A DNA stretch of 64,000 nt from Candidatus Binatia bacterium (GTDB taxonomy: Bacteria > Desulfobacterota > Binatia > UBA9968 > CAXXLF01). Below are positions 1 through 11,637 of the stretch, piece by piece. Position 1 is the first letter of the stretch, and the number at the start of each line of letters is the position of its first letter. Under the pieces are notes generated by a model. It had not been told where the DNA came from. It saw only the letters and a list, made by a program, of their open reading frames with translations, and searched no databases. Made by a program: the position numbers and the translations under genes. The stretch covers positions 608,001 to 672,000 of the forward strand of contig CAXXLF010000001.1 of the NCBI GenBank assembly GCA_963664015.2, given 5' to 3'.

Positions 1-644
1 ACCTATTGGACCAGCACAATGTAAAAGCGACAGTCCTCACAAGCGGATTGGTCGCTGAGCTATTCCCGGAGAGCGTGCGAGAGGTCAGAGCGCGAGGGCA
101 CGAGCTAGCCACCCACGGGTGGGACCAAGCCATGCATCCTCCCGTTTTCAAGACAAAGGATGATGAACGAAACTCGGTCATTAAATCCATTACCGCCCTC
201 GAACAGGCCACCAAAGGGCGAATCGTCGGTTACATGTCGGAGGGGCCGCGGCCGACGCCGAACACGCTGGAGATATGCGCAGAGTTAGGGTTTACCTGGA
301 CCGCCGACTATTCCGACTCGGACGTCCCGTACGTCATCGACGTAAATGGGAAAAAGATCGTGTCGGTAGACTATGTCATGCCGAATTATACTGGCAACAA
401 TCTCGGCCCACTCGGTCTGGATGCTGGCCTCAAGCAATTGAAGGAAGCGTTCGACGCTAGTTACTAGGAGTCCCAGAGGCATCCCCTGAAGTTCTGCTAC
501 GCCTGCCACGTGCACGTCAGCGGGAGACCCGGGATGAGCAAACTGCTGGATCATTTCATCGACTACGCCCTTGGGCACGATGGTGTGCGGTTTTACCCGT
601 GCATCGAAATTGCAAACTTCTGGCTCGAGCACAAAGATCCGTGA
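1..644 (+). pseudogene. Polysaccharide deacetylase/PuuE-like protein, 5'-truncated by window, in-frame TAG at 465-467
   Basis: GHELATHGW motif; reading continues past TAG as ESQRHPLKFCYACHVHVSGRPG...IANFW to TGA at 642-644. Confidence 0.8.
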
Positions 645-816
645 TAGGCCAAAGCGGCGACTTGAGATGGACTCCCCCCTTTTTTTCACCTATGCAGAGT
701 ACTCTCCAGATCCGGATTCGTAATGCATCTAGGTGAATACACCCCGATTGTCCGCGAAGGACCCTATTTCATCCGAATCTCCCGGTAAAGCTTCTCTGCG
801 TTTTTCAGGGCCCAGA

Positions 817-1984
817 TCAGCTTTTTCTGGGCCACTGGTCATGCGCGAATGTCTGGTATTCAATTCTGGGTTTGCGTATCTCTATTTCATTAACCTTGCC
901 CTTCTCCGTAACGTCCACACGGAATGTCTGGTCAGGAACTCGGGCGCTTTTAGAGTACATGATGGTCTGGCCTTCCCTGGAGAGAAACCAGTTGACAAAA
1001 AGCTTAGTGGCGTTCGGGTGCAGACGCCGATTAATTACCATGAGGTTATTGCCCGACCCGCTCCCCTGGAGGAGGGGCCGCTCCTTTATTAGCCCTCCGA
1101 TAATCCGTCCAAAGTTCTCCACGGGCAGACCCCGCTGGCCGAGCCTGTCAATGTCCCGGGTCGGCCGCGCCCGAGAAGATCGCCATGGTATACTTCCCCT
1201 GGGCTACGCCATCAGCAATCTGTCGAAAATCCACAGTGAACCTAACGCCCAGCTCCGGGCTAAATAGGCGCCGCAGGTACTTCTCCCCCAGATCCGGGTG
1301 AACCTGGACGGTGAAGTAGCTCCCAGCAGCACCGCCCGTCGTCGGCGGGAGGGCGATAATCTTGCCTGCAAACCGCTTATCCAAGAACGTCCATACGGAG
1401 TCGATCTTCATGGCCTCCTTATTTGACAATTTCTTGGTGTTGAAGCGCATGCCGATAGGCGAAAATTCGGCGTTGCCAGAGATGGCAAAAAGATACTTCT
1501 CCTCCGGATCGCTGTAGTGCTGCTTGCCGTTGTACCAAAGGGATTTGTCCACGACTTCCGGAAGGAACAAGAGCGGTTTGATAGGGTCAGCCGCGCCGTT
1601 GGCGATGATCCGTCGATTCCCGGTGGTGAATCCGACCATGAAGATGTCGACCTTGTACTTGCCGGCCCCACGCTCCGCAAGAAGCCGATCCGTCTGCCTG
1701 GTCCCGCCACCGGTGGAGACCACCGTTCGAATGCCGAACTTGTCTTCGAAGAACTTGAAGACCGGCCGGTAGTTGCGAGACGCCGAACCACCCAGTGCAG
1801 CCACCAGCTCGCCTTCCTTTTTTGCTTTGGTTATAGTTTCGTCCCACGTATCGGCTGGAGACCAACCTGTCATCGTCAGCATGAACAGAGGCGTCAACAG
1901 AAAGGCCAACAGGCCTACGAGTTTCAACTTGCCCCTTAGTTGCGTTGTTCTTACGGTGCGATTTTTTCTAAGCATCGTGCGCAT
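817..1984 (-). pseudogene. ABC transporter solute-binding protein (iron/polyamine-like class), frameshifted near 1150
   Basis: Signal peptide, AKKEGELV, C-terminal HPNATKLFVNWFLSREGQ in a second frame; paralogous to 47799-48923. Confidence 0.75.
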
Positions 1985-2271
1985 CCTCCTCGATCACTAG
2001 AAAAACTCGCCTAAAATTACTTCTGTAACAATGAATATGGCTAAAAACACGGGGTCGAGGTGTCAAGCGCGCCCTATTCCATAACAAAATGCCATCGAAC
2101 TGCCCTTTGCTCATTAGGTCGTACTGATCTGGGCAACGAGCTAACTATTCATCCCAAAAGGCGCACTAAAGCTGGGCATAGTCTTTCAAATATTGACAAC
2201 CTTTGATGGGCGGTGTTATCCATCCACTCAAACTTAGGTGCTATTGGAATTATTATCAGCGAGGAGGACCT

Positions 2272-2556
2272 ATGGCTATTCGACTCATTGTAACAGTCAA
2301 CGCGACGCCGGGGAAAGGCTCCGAATTGGCAAAGGTATATCCGGATCGTTGTGCAGATACTGAGAAGGAGCCTGGCTGTGAACACTTCGAAGCCTTCCAG
2401 AGCCTCGTGAACCCCGATAAGATCGTGCTGCTGGAACGCTGGGCCGATCAGGCAGCTTTGGACACTCATGAAAAATTGAACCGCCCTCGGGCACGGCCTG
2501 ACCTGCGGGCGGGTGGCGGTGAGGTCGAAAGGTACGAGTATTACCGAACCCGCTAG
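2272..2556 (+). CDS. Antibiotic-biosynthesis monooxygenase (ABM) family protein
   Basis: GAGGAGG RBS; EPGCEHFE...IVLLERWADQAALDTH pattern. Confidence 0.8.
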   Translation: MAIRLIVTVNATPGKGSELAKVYPDRCADTEKEPGCEHFEAFQSLVNPDKIVLLERWADQAALDTHEKLNRPRARPDLRAGGGEVERYEYYRTR

Positions 2557-2637
2557 CCCATGAAAAATAAAGTCTAAGGGTCAGGTCTGGCGGCTCGACT
2601 ACAAAAAGAAATTTCAGATAATTTGAATGGAGGAACC

Positions 2638-3777
2638 ATGGACTATACGCGTTTTGCGCACGTGAGGCTCACGCCTTTTGAGCAGTGGGTCCAATCCGAA
2701 GGGCTGCAGGTCATCACTACACACACGGTTCCCGACGTCCTGACCGTAGAGCTGGAACCCTGGAAGCGGACCGGCTGCCTGGGGGCCCTGATGGATATGA
2801 CCCACGACCCCTCGGACAACGTCATGATCAATAGCCAGGGGACCACCCGCTATCTCGTAGAGATACCGCCGGGGGGCACCTTCAAACCCGAAAGACACAT
2901 GTACGAGGAGATCTTTTACGTCGTAAAAGGAAGTGGCGCCACCGTCGTCTGGAACGAGGGCACGCCCAAACTGACCTTTGAATGGGAGCAGGACGCCGTC
3001 TTTGCCATACCCCTGAACGCGTGGCACGAGATCCACAACGGGAGCGGCACCGAGTCCGTCCGGCTCTACGCGGCCACCAACATGCCGACCCCGTTCAACC
3101 TCTACGGCAACCCCGAGTTTGTCTTCAACTGCGCAAATACCTTCAACGACCGATTCGATCCCAACGACGAGACATACTTCAGCCACAAGGCCACGAGGGT
3201 GGAGGACCGGCTTTTGCAATCGAACTTTATCCCCAGCGTGACAAAGATGGCCCTCGATGCCTGGGAGTATCGCGGGCCTGGGACCAACATGCACACCCTG
3301 ATGGCCGGCGGCCGCTTCGTATGCCATGTATCCGAGTTCCCTCCAGCATCCTACAAAAAGGGGCACGGCTTCGTGGGCGGGCAGTCCACAGGCGGTCGCA
3401 GCAGGACGGGGCTAACATCGGAAAACAGCTACCTCTTTCTCAGCGGTTACGGGTACGACCTCCAGTGGGAACCGGGAGCGAAGCCGGGCCCCGGAGTCGA
3501 GTTTAAGCGGTTCAACTTCAAAAGGGGCTCGCTGATGACAAACGGCCAGGCCGGGCATCAGCATTTTAACCCCAGCGACGAACCCGCGCGATACGTGGTC
3601 CTCCGCTACGGCAACGATCGATTCGGCCTTCGGGAAGGGCAATTGCCCCAGGGCAAGAATCCGGAGCGGTGGCGCAGGCCTCAGATCGAGTACAACGAAG
3701 AGCAGCCGGAAATCCGAGCGCTGTTCGATGAGGAGTGCCGAAAGCGCGGTGTGAAACCAAAAATGCCACCGGTATAA
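2638..3777 (+). CDS. Bicupin protein (gentisate-dioxygenase-like cupin family)
   Basis: ERHMYEEIFYVVKGSG...PLNAWHE and second cupin KKGH...HQHFN; GGAGG RBS. Confidence 0.75.
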   Translation: MDYTRFAHVRLTPFEQWVQSEGLQVITTHTVPDVLTVELEPWKRTGCLGALMDMTHDPSDNVMINSQGTTRYLVEIPPGGTFKPERHMYEEIFYVVKGSGATVVWNEGTPKLTFEWEQDAVFAIPLNAWHEIHNGSGTESVRLYAATNMPTPFNLYGNPEFVFNCANTFNDRFDPNDETYFSHKATRVEDRLLQSNFIPSVTKMALDAWEYRGPGTNMHTLMAGGRFVCHVSEFPPASYKKGHGFVGGQSTGGRSRTGLTSENSYLFLSGYGYDLQWEPGAKPGPGVEFKRFNFKRGSLMTNGQAGHQHFNPSDEPARYVVLRYGNDRFGLREGQLPQGKNPERWRRPQIEYNEEQPEIRALFDEECRKRGVKPKMPPV

Positions 3778-3808
3778 CCGCTAGGACCAATCGAGGAACC
3801 CCCTCTAA

Positions 3809-4060
3809 TCAGCAGAAACCCAGGCGGGCCCCTACCCGTCCAGTTCGCGATGGAGGAACTCGAAGCTCCGCGTATAGGACAGATTGGTCGCCGTCTTCTG
3901 AGCGGCCGGCACCTCGGCATCCGGGGTGATTTGGGTAAAGCTGTGCCCCATTCCTTACATAGCAGTGCAATTCGTAGGACTTGCCAAAACGGTTGAGTGC
4001 CTTGGTGAACGCCTCTACTTCCATGCGGGCGTCGAGTGGTCTTCCGTACCGTATTGGCAT
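3809..4060 (-). pseudogene. Dienelactone hydrolase-like C-terminal fragment
   Basis: EVEAFTKALNRFGKSYELHCY resembles DLH C-terminus; no N-terminus. Confidence 0.4.
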
Positions 4061-4431
4061 TGAAGCTTGCAGTTGATTGTCTGCAGCTCACGCACATGCG
4101 GGAAAAGGCTATGATGGTAGATGACGCCGGCTTGGAAGGCGTCGGTGCAGCCGGCGTGCCCTTCTATGGTGGGGCACTGGCCGTTGAGGATGTACCAAAT
4201 ATCAAGGCCGCTCTTGAATTGAATTTTGCAGAGAACGATAAACGGGTAAACGCCAAGTGGCCGGCTTACGAAGCCGCCCTCAAGGCAAACGGCACCAAAC
4301 ACGAGGCCCACGTATATCCCGGGACCCGTCACGGTTTCCATCACGATACCACCACTCGTTACGACGAGTCTGCCGCCAAACTCCCCTGGCAACGGACTCT
4401 CTACGACTTCAACAAAACGTTGAAGTCGTAG
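4036..4431 (+). pseudogene. Dienelactone hydrolase (YghX-like) C-terminal fragment
   Basis: VPFYG...YPGTRHGFHHDTTTRYDESAAKL; nucleophile region missing. Confidence 0.7.
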
Positions 4432-4915
4432 AATCCAGCCGGAGGAAGGGATTGGCCGAATCAGCTCGAGGCCTCAAAAACGCGGAAACTGAAACTTGGA
4501 AGAAAATCAGCACAGCCGTTGTTAAAATCTGCCACAGAGGCTATGAATCGGGTCAGGAAAAAACCTGATGAAAACGGAAAATCTCAAAATCAATCTCTCG
4601 TGGCCAGATTCCAGCATATTACTGCACAAACATCCCAAATGGGTGAAGGACGACATCAATGCCGGCCTAATCTTGTTTACCGAAAGCTCAGTGACCGTTC
4701 ACATTCCGTATAAAGCAATCGGTAGAACACCCGATACACTCCTTCACTAGCTTCTGAATTTCTTCCACCTCAGCGGTCCCTGAAATTCTTTAGGGACGGG
4801 CTCGCCCCACTCCCTCCAAAACAATGGGGCCCCTTCCTTTTGCCTGATGTCGAAGGCAAAATGCTGTATACTAGCTTCAAGAGGTTATGCGCTACTTCAA
4901 ACCTGGAGGAAAGGA

Positions 4916-5281
4916 ATGGTTGAAATTAATTTGAGCTGAGAAGTCTCAGTCTTGCATGTCCGTCCCACGGGGCCGCTCCGAAAGCAATATTTCGATGATA
5001 TCGCTCATCTCGTCGACCCATTTATTGAAGAGACCGGTGGTCTTGCCGGTCTGGTTCTGGAAGTCGTACCCTTCCCGGGCTGGGAAAACCCGGGCGCCAC
5101 AGCCCGTCATTTCTGCTTCGTCCGAGATCATCACAAATTGATCAAGAAGGTAGCCCTTCTCACAGACTTGCCCATCGGTGCAGCTGCGGAGCACATCGTA
5201 TTCCACTTCGTGGCTGCCGAGATCAAGCAGTTCCCTTCAGACGGTCTCGAAGCGGCAATGGCATGGATTGGTTCTAATTGA
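4916..5281 (+). pseudogene. STAS/SEC14 (SpoIIAA-like) protein, frameshift near start
   Basis: ATG at 4916 after GGAGG stops early; second frame FPGWEN...HFCFVRDHHKLIKKVAL. Confidence 0.7.
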
Positions 5282-5618
5282 CAACCCTGCAGGCCATTCG
5301 GTCACTAAAACCCCAGCAGGAACCACAGAGATGACCGCCCCAATCCGGTGGTGGGAGAATTGTTGCCTCAAAAGTAAGGACCACTATCGTCTAACAATTC
5401 GCGGGCTCCTGGGAGCCAACCAGGGATGCCCCCGTTCGCGCCCGCTGCCCAAGATGCGGCTTTAATCTTAACGTCTCCGTTAGTCCCGTAAAGAAAGCCA
5501 GGAAGTAAACGACTCACAGCGCCCGGGTCTTGAACCCTGGTATTGGCCAAACATATAGCCGTCAGTACTCCCCGCAGATTGACAGTGCAAGCCGAATTCG
5601 GATATTAATACTCACCTT

Positions 5619-6077
5619 ATGGAATTTGAAGGCAAAATCGATCTAGAGGTTCGCATCGAAACCGCATGGGATTTCCTGATCGATATCAACAAATTTTCAG
5701 CTTGCTTACCCGGGATCGAAGAGGTCAGGCAGATCGACGATACCACTTTCGAAGGTACGCTGGCGGCGGCCGTAGGACCTATTTCGGGAAAGTTCAACTT
5801 CCGTTCCACAATTCTTGATAGTCAACCGCCGGAGAAAATGGTGGTTCGGACCGAAGGAACCGATTCGGTCACAAAGAGCACGGTCACCGCCGATATGACG
5901 GTGGATTTGTGCAAGATCTCAGAAAAGAAGACCCAATTGAATTACAAAGCCGATGTCAAGATCAATGGCCGGCTTGCCATTCTCGGCGATATGATACTGC
6001 GGGCCACGGCGACCTTGGTTCTTCAGGAGTTCGCCAGACGTTTGAATGAAGGGCTAGCCGATCCAACCGCAGCATGA
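5619..6077 (+). CDS. CoxG/SRPBCC family protein
   Basis: AWDFLID...CLPGIEEV...VGPISGKF...GRLAILG. Confidence 0.8.
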   Translation: MEFEGKIDLEVRIETAWDFLIDINKFSACLPGIEEVRQIDDTTFEGTLAAAVGPISGKFNFRSTILDSQPPEKMVVRTEGTDSVTKSTVTADMTVDLCKISEKKTQLNYKADVKINGRLAILGDMILRATATLVLQEFARRLNEGLADPTAA

Positions 6078-6099
6078 ACACAATGAAGGGAAAGGGACC

Positions 6100-7611
6100 A
6101 TGGCGGACTCATATGATGTGATTATTGTAGGGGGCGGTTCGGCAGGCTGCGTGGCAGCGGCTCGTCTGTCGGAAGATCCCAAAAGAAAGGTTTTGTTACT
6201 CGAAGCCGGCTCGGACCCCTGGCCCTTGCCCGAGATCGTGGCCGATGCGGACAAGCAGACACGCCTGTTGCTGGAGTCGGATTTCTTACGAATGTATCCC
6301 AGCGAACGACACCTGGATAGCAGCACCTACTACGCCTTATCAGGAAAAATTATCGGCGGCGGGTCCTCGGTCAATATGATGTCCGTTCCACGCCCAATGA
6401 AGGCCGACCTGGACAATTGGGTGAAGCTAGGCAATCCGGATTGGTCCTATGAACGATGTTTGCCGGTTATGAAGCGGATCGAATCCGACCAGGACTTTCC
6501 CAACAGTCCAATCCATGGCAACAGTGGACCGCTCTACGTTAAGCGCAATTATAAATTGGCCGCCCCAACAACACCGCCAGTAGAAGCCTATCTCGCCAGC
6601 GCTTACGCCATGGGTTTACCGAAATGTCCGGACCTGAACGGTCCCGACCCTTACGGCGTATGTGAGTCCCCCTACAATATCAAAGATGGGAAACGTCAGT
6701 CGACGGTCGTAGCCTACCTCACTAGCGCACGCAGCCGGCCGAATCTGACAATCATTGCCGAGGCCCCCGCCCAATCATTGGTCTTGTCTGGGAAAAACGC
6801 AGAAGGTGTTCGCTATAAGAGAAACGGTCAGCTGCACACCGTCACCGGTGGACAGATTTTGATGACCGCTGGAGTCTATCATACTCCGCAAATTCTCATG
6901 CTCTCTGGGATAGGCCCTCAGTCAGAGCTGACAAAGCATAGCATCCCCCTCGTTCATGAAATGCCGGGCATTGGGGAGAATTACCATGATCACCCAGGGG
7001 TAGTCATGACCTTCGAGGGACCGAATCCCTTGAATACGGATTGGGTGATCCCACGCTTCCGTCTCATCATCAAAAAACACCCACTTTACGACTGTGGGAA
7101 TTTCCACATAATCATGCGCCCTTCTACGGAAATCCCAGGCCTCAAGCGCATGATGCCCGTTTCTGCATACTTACTCGAGCAACGCAATCGAGGTCGTGTT
7201 TATCTCAAGAGCAAGGACCCCGATGAATTACCCGGCGTGGACTCACAAATGCTGGAACATCCGGAGGATCTCAAGGCAATGGTCGAAGCGATGCATTTTA
7301 TTGACGATATGGTCCATATTGGCCCAGCTAAGGAATTTTACGGACCGCTCATTCAGCCCGGGCCGAGCGACGACTGGGGCAAATTCGCGCGCTCCACATA
7401 TGACAGCTATCACCATGGCGTCGGAACCTGCATGATGGGTCCGGCGTCGAACTCCATGGCGGTGGTCGACGAGAAGCTCCGGGTTCACGGAATGCAAAAC
7501 CTTTGGGTAGGGGACGCGTCGATCATGCCAGTTGTAAGCCACGCGAATACCAACCTGACTTCGATCATGATCGGTGAGCGGTTGTCGGACTTTGTCAAAG
7601 AGGAAGCTTGA
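6100..7611 (+). CDS. GMC family FAD oxidoreductase (choline dehydrogenase-like)
   Basis: GGGSAG FAD motif, GKIIGGGSSVN, YHHGVGTCMMG, ANTN. Confidence 0.9.
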   Translation: MADSYDVIIVGGGSAGCVAAARLSEDPKRKVLLLEAGSDPWPLPEIVADADKQTRLLLESDFLRMYPSERHLDSSTYYALSGKIIGGGSSVNMMSVPRPMKADLDNWVKLGNPDWSYERCLPVMKRIESDQDFPNSPIHGNSGPLYVKRNYKLAAPTTPPVEAYLASAYAMGLPKCPDLNGPDPYGVCESPYNIKDGKRQSTVVAYLTSARSRPNLTIIAEAPAQSLVLSGKNAEGVRYKRNGQLHTVTGGQILMTAGVYHTPQILMLSGIGPQSELTKHSIPLVHEMPGIGENYHDHPGVVMTFEGPNPLNTDWVIPRFRLIIKKHPLYDCGNFHIIMRPSTEIPGLKRMMPVSAYLLEQRNRGRVYLKSKDPDELPGVDSQMLEHPEDLKAMVEAMHFIDDMVHIGPAKEFYGPLIQPGPSDDWGKFARSTYDSYHHGVGTCMMGPASNSMAVVDEKLRVHGMQNLWVGDASIMPVVSHANTNLTSIMIGERLSDFVKEEA

Positions 7612-7638
7612 CCGGTCACGGGAGGATGTTGAATCTGA

Positions 7639-8882
7639 ATGATCATGGACCAAGCCCACGAACAATCAACCAACCTCCCCAGACGGCCCAACGCGACTCT
7701 ACTGGCAAGTATCGCCTTCGGCCATTCAGTCGTGCATTGGTTTACACAAGCCTTTCCCGTGCTCCTAGCCGAGATCGTCACCAGTACGGGCCTCAGCCCC
7801 CTGGCGGCGGACACGATCATGGGGGCGCGAAATATCTCCGGTGCGATTGCAAACATCCCGGTGGGGATGGCGGCGGATCGATATGCCACCCACCGGACGT
7901 ATTTCATGACCGCCAGTCTCGTGTGGCTGGGAGGAGGATTCTTCCTTATCGGCATAGCACCGAACCAAACGTGGATCATGGTTTTCGCCGTAGTCCTCGG
8001 AGTCGGAAGCGCCCTGTGGCACCCACCGGCGGTTGGGCTTCTCTCAACACGATTTCCCGCTCGGCGTGCGTCGGTCATGGCCATTCACGGGGTCGGTGCC
8101 AGCGTGGGCGACATTACCGGGCCTCTGAGTGTAGGCACCCTGTTACTTGTGGTTTCTTGGGAAAGCATCTTTCAGGCCAGTATTCTGCCTGCTCTGGTCC
8201 TCGCTGGCGCGTTCTTTGTGACCATGCGAGGCGTCAACACCGGGAATACCCGTGGACAGACCTCTTGGGCCGACTACTTCAACGCCCTGCGGCAGGCAGC
8301 GCGACACCGCCCCTAGCTGCTGTCCATATTGGCCTGTGGCACGCGAACCGCAGGACAGATCATCCTGGTGACGTTTGTCCCTATTTACGCGAGGGATCAC
8401 CTGGCTCTGGGACCGGGCTTCGCCGGCCTGTTACTCGCCCTGTTAATGGGCCTCAGCCTGATTTCGCAGCCCATACTCGGGTATATCTCCGACCGCACAA
8501 GCCGCAAAGCCACCGTCCTGCCGGCACCATAGTGCTTGTGTTACTCACCCCGCTGCTCGGATTTGCCGACAGTTTGGGGTGGCTGCTTGCCGTCGTGGGA
8601 GCTATCGGCCCTTTCTTGTTTAGCTCGGCTTTGCTTTTAAATGCCCTCGGCCTCGACATTGCCCCTCCGGAGCTTCACAGCTCAGTGACCGCAGCACAGT
8701 TCCTCACGGGCATGGGGCTTGCAAGCGCGGCACCAGTTATAGCGGGTGCGGCAGCCGCCGCAGCAGGCACCCCCACTGCGTTTTATGTAGCAACGGTGTT
8801 CTTCGCCGTGCCCCTCGCACTGGTTTTGCTCCTACCGGCAACAAAGGGCGATACGCCGACACCTCGATTTGCAGCACGGTAG
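7639..8882 (+). pseudogene. MFS transporter, TAG at 8314-8316 and frameshift near 8520
   Basis: GMAADRY and GYISDRTSRK MFS motifs spread over three ORF pieces. Confidence 0.8.
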
Positions 8883-9109
8883 AGTGCGGCGTTCACCGTA
8901 ATCCTTTTAATGCCGCCGAATTCCGTGCGACCGGGATGGATACTAGACTTTTTTGCTAGATTCTAGTTTTTCTAGATCGGTGAACGGGAAACGACCGGCT
9001 GAGTAATTTTTTGCGGTATGTTAACCGTAGAATTACAATAACTGGATCTGCTCGATTCTCTCAAAAACCCCTCAAAACAGAAAGATACTAAAAACAGGTG
9101 GTTAGAGTC

Positions 9110-9125
9110 TGGGACTCCTATTGCT
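9110..9125 (+). promoter_or_regulatory. Candidate sigma-54 -24/-12 promoter
   Basis: TGGGACTCCTATTGCT (GG-N10-GC) about 30 nt upstream of response regulator ATG. Confidence 0.5.
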
Positions 9126-9156
9126 TTATCATCTGACCATAAAGGACAGGTTCAAA

Positions 9157-9578
9157 ATGAGAAACAAAAAATCCTCATAGTAGACGACGAGCAGGATCTC
9201 TGCGACATCCTGCAGACGTATTTCAAGAATCTGGGCTACGATTGCATTTTAGCTGGAGACGGTCAAAAGGGTGTCGAATTAGCCATCTCCCAACCACCGG
9301 ATCTCATCGTGATGGACATCATGTTGCCCAGGATGAACGGTCTACAAGCGACCCGATTCATCCGCCAGCATCCCAAAACCCGCTTCACGCCAGTCCTAGC
9401 CATGACCGCAAAGGTCACCCAGCAAGACAAGAGAGATTGTTTTCAAAGTGGCTGTAACAATCATATCGGTAAGCCATTCAAGGCTAGGCAGTTGATCGCC
9501 TGTGTCGAGGAGCTTTTGGACCAGGCCAGTGAGGGCCACATGGACCACGAAGAAGATAGGGCTGCGGCTGTTGGCTGA
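9157..9578 (+). pseudogene. Single-domain response regulator (DivK/CheY-like), ATG out of frame by one A in a poly-A run
   Basis: KILIVDDE...PDLIVMDIMLP...MTA...KPF. Confidence 0.75.
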
Positions 9579-9654
9579 GTATCGCTGCCCGCCTCGACCG
9601 TATCCTCTCCTCAGTGAAGCCCGGTCCTGGAATCAGGATCTTAGGACTCTAGCC

Positions 9655-10596
9655 TCAAACCTCGCCAACCTTTAATTTCATCATTAAAAGTGCAGCGCGG
9701 CCGCCCGGGCCGAACGGATTACCCATGGTCTCCTGCATCTCGAAGTGGTTGAACCCCTCCCCGACCATGAATTCGACCGGTTTGCCCGCCGCCTTCAATA
9801 CGGCAGCGAAGTCTCGCGATTGACGCTGGAACTCGGGCGACTCGAGTGTGCCGTGGGCAATGACCAGTGGCATATTGATCCTGGCGATGTGGCGCTGGGC
9901 GCTCAGAGCCTCCTCGGTCACGTCGTCGAAATTGACGTATTTGCTTCGCTTCGAGAGCCGCACCGGCTTTAGGTCGTACATACCGCTGACTAGCAAGGCG
10001 CCCTTGATCACGTCGGCCGGCAGGCCGAAGTCCTTCTGCCAGTCGGTGATCACAACCACGCCACCAAGGTGGCCGCCTGAGGAGTGCCCCGAAAGATAGA
10101 GGCGTTTGGGATCGGCGCCGAAACTCGAGGCGCTCTTGTAAACCCAGGCTACCGCCCGGCGCACCTGATCGGCCATCGCCATGAGACTGCCGCTCGCATC
10201 CTGAACCGACACGAAATCCGGTATGACGAGATGGGCGCCGGCGGCGAGATACATTTCTGCCATATAAGCGGAGTCCTTGGCATAGCCGCCGCGCCAGCCC
10301 CCACCGTGTATGAAGATATGGATCGGAGCGTTAGGGCGATTGGATTGGTAGAGGTCAAGTTTCTCGCACTCAGACGGCCCGTAGCGGATTCGCCGGGGCT
10401 GTCCAATGCGAGTTAGCGTCCGCTCGCTTGCGAGGCGGCGGCGCTTGCTAACGTGCTCGCGATTTGGTGCCCAGCAGGCCTGATCGTAAGCGTCGTCGAG
10501 CTCCTTCTGGTCCATGTCCAGCCAGACACGAGGCCCCTTCCCCGCGGGTGGGTCCAGCCTTGCCGGTATTGCCGGTGAAGGTTCGATCTTACTCAT
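9655..10596 (-). CDS. Alpha/beta hydrolase, arylformamidase-like
   Basis: HGGGW oxyanion motif, GHSSGG nucleophile, NHFE. Confidence 0.85.
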   Translation of the reverse strand: MSKIEPSPAIPARLDPPAGKGPRVWLDMDQKELDDAYDQACWAPNREHVSKRRRLASERTLTRIGQPRRIRYGPSECEKLDLYQSNRPNAPIHIFIHGGGWRGGYAKDSAYMAEMYLAAGAHLVIPDFVSVQDASGSLMAMADQVRRAVAWVYKSASSFGADPKRLYLSGHSSGGHLGGVVVITDWQKDFGLPADVIKGALLVSGMYDLKPVRLSKRSKYVNFDDVTEEALSAQRHIARINMPLVIAHGTLESPEFQRQSRDFAAVLKAAGKPVEFMVGEGFNHFEMQETMGNPFGPGGRAALLMMKLKVGEV

Positions 10597-10668
10597 GGGC
10601 TTTTCTCCCCATAGTCGTCCAAAACCTGATTCAGGGCCCTTTGTAAAGAGTCATTCCATTTTTGTCAA

Positions 10669-10722
10669 TCATTGGTTACTCAGAGCCGGGTCGTCTTCAA
10701 CCACGAGAATTGTCTTCAGCAT
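10669..10722 (-). pseudogene. 17-codon remnant of a response regulator N-terminus
   Basis: MLKTILVVEDDPALSNQ* directly downstream of a sigma-54 motif. Confidence 0.55.
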
Positions 10723-10737
10723 TACGGGGCTGATTTA

Positions 10738-10753
10738 AGCAAAACCGGTGCCA
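10738..10753 (-). promoter_or_regulatory. Sigma-54 -24/-12 promoter
   Basis: TGGCACCGGTTTTGCT, near-perfect consensus. Confidence 0.75.
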
Positions 10754-10983
10754 AGACACAAGCGCCTATTTTTTAGGAGCTTACACGGATCCAAACGCGT
10801 ACCAAGGTGCCAGTTTAGGCCAGGTCTCCAGCAAAATTGTTCGTTCTTGTGACAATTATCGGCAGTAGAAGACCACGAAAAGGTTGGTCAATCGTAATAC
10901 AGCACGTTATCCTGGGATAAGCTTATTTCCCAAGATTTTACTGTAGCGGACGGATCCAAATTACAGGAGGTGACAAGCCCTTG

Positions 10984-11637
10984 ATGATCCGAAAAGTTGC
11001 TGTGCTCTCTTTTATCGTATAGGTGGCTCTCATTGGATCGACAACAGCCCCGCGTTTAGCCGCTCAGGTCACATCTGCCCTGCTTATCAACGTGGACAGC
11101 ACCCTCATCGTCAATGGTGAGGCAATCGGTAAGCTCGATGCGCAGGAAAGCCGTAAGATAACTGTTATTCCGGGTGACCATCTTGTGGAAGTGATTGCCA
11201 CAGCAGATCCGACCGTTCGCGTTAAAAAGGTTGTTACCCTTGAGGCTGGCAGGCAATCGTTTGTGATGCTGAAGCTGGAAGGAATCTTGAACGAGCGCCA
11301 GAAGATTAAGAAATTGAGGGATAAGCTGCTGAGTTACCTAGGCGCAGGGAGTACGGATGTGATCAATCAGTTTCCGGGAGCGATCGAACTGCACTATAAA
11401 GTGCAACGCTTTATTACGCTCGAATCAAATCCCAATGACAGGAACCGTGTATTTGGGATTTACCGCTGGGAGCCGTGGCCCGCAGAGCACGATCAAAGGA
11501 CCGATTCGGAAAGGCCAAAGTGCATTAAAACCCACCTGCTTCATCTGGACGTGAAGAATGAAAAACAGATCAAAATCAAGGCAATAGCCGGAAAGTGGAA
11601 AAGGAAAGACAACGAGGCCCGATGCTTCTTTTTTTGA
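10984..11637 (+). pseudogene. Secreted hypothetical protein with PEGA-like segment; TAG inside signal peptide at 11020-11022
   Basis: AGGAGG RBS; MIRKVAVLSFIV*VALIG...; LIVNGEAIG...PGDHLVEV. Confidence 0.5.

Noticed and set aside
5619-6077. CO dehydrogenase locus implied by the CoxG-like gene
   Set aside because: No coxL, coxM or coxS genes in the window.
7608-8882. 424-aa ORF overlapping the MFS gene, and other long shadow ORFs
   Set aside because: Only its C-terminal part is the frameshifted MFS tail; the rest, like most antisense ORFs in the track, is a GC-rich shadow frame.
465-11022. Three in-frame TAG codons (465, 8314, 11020) suggesting amber recoding or pyrrolysine
   Set aside because: TAG ends intact genes here (e.g. 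acnA, the SPFH gene, the gcvR-like gene); similar lesions occur as TAA (16546) and frameshifts; no pyl genes seen.
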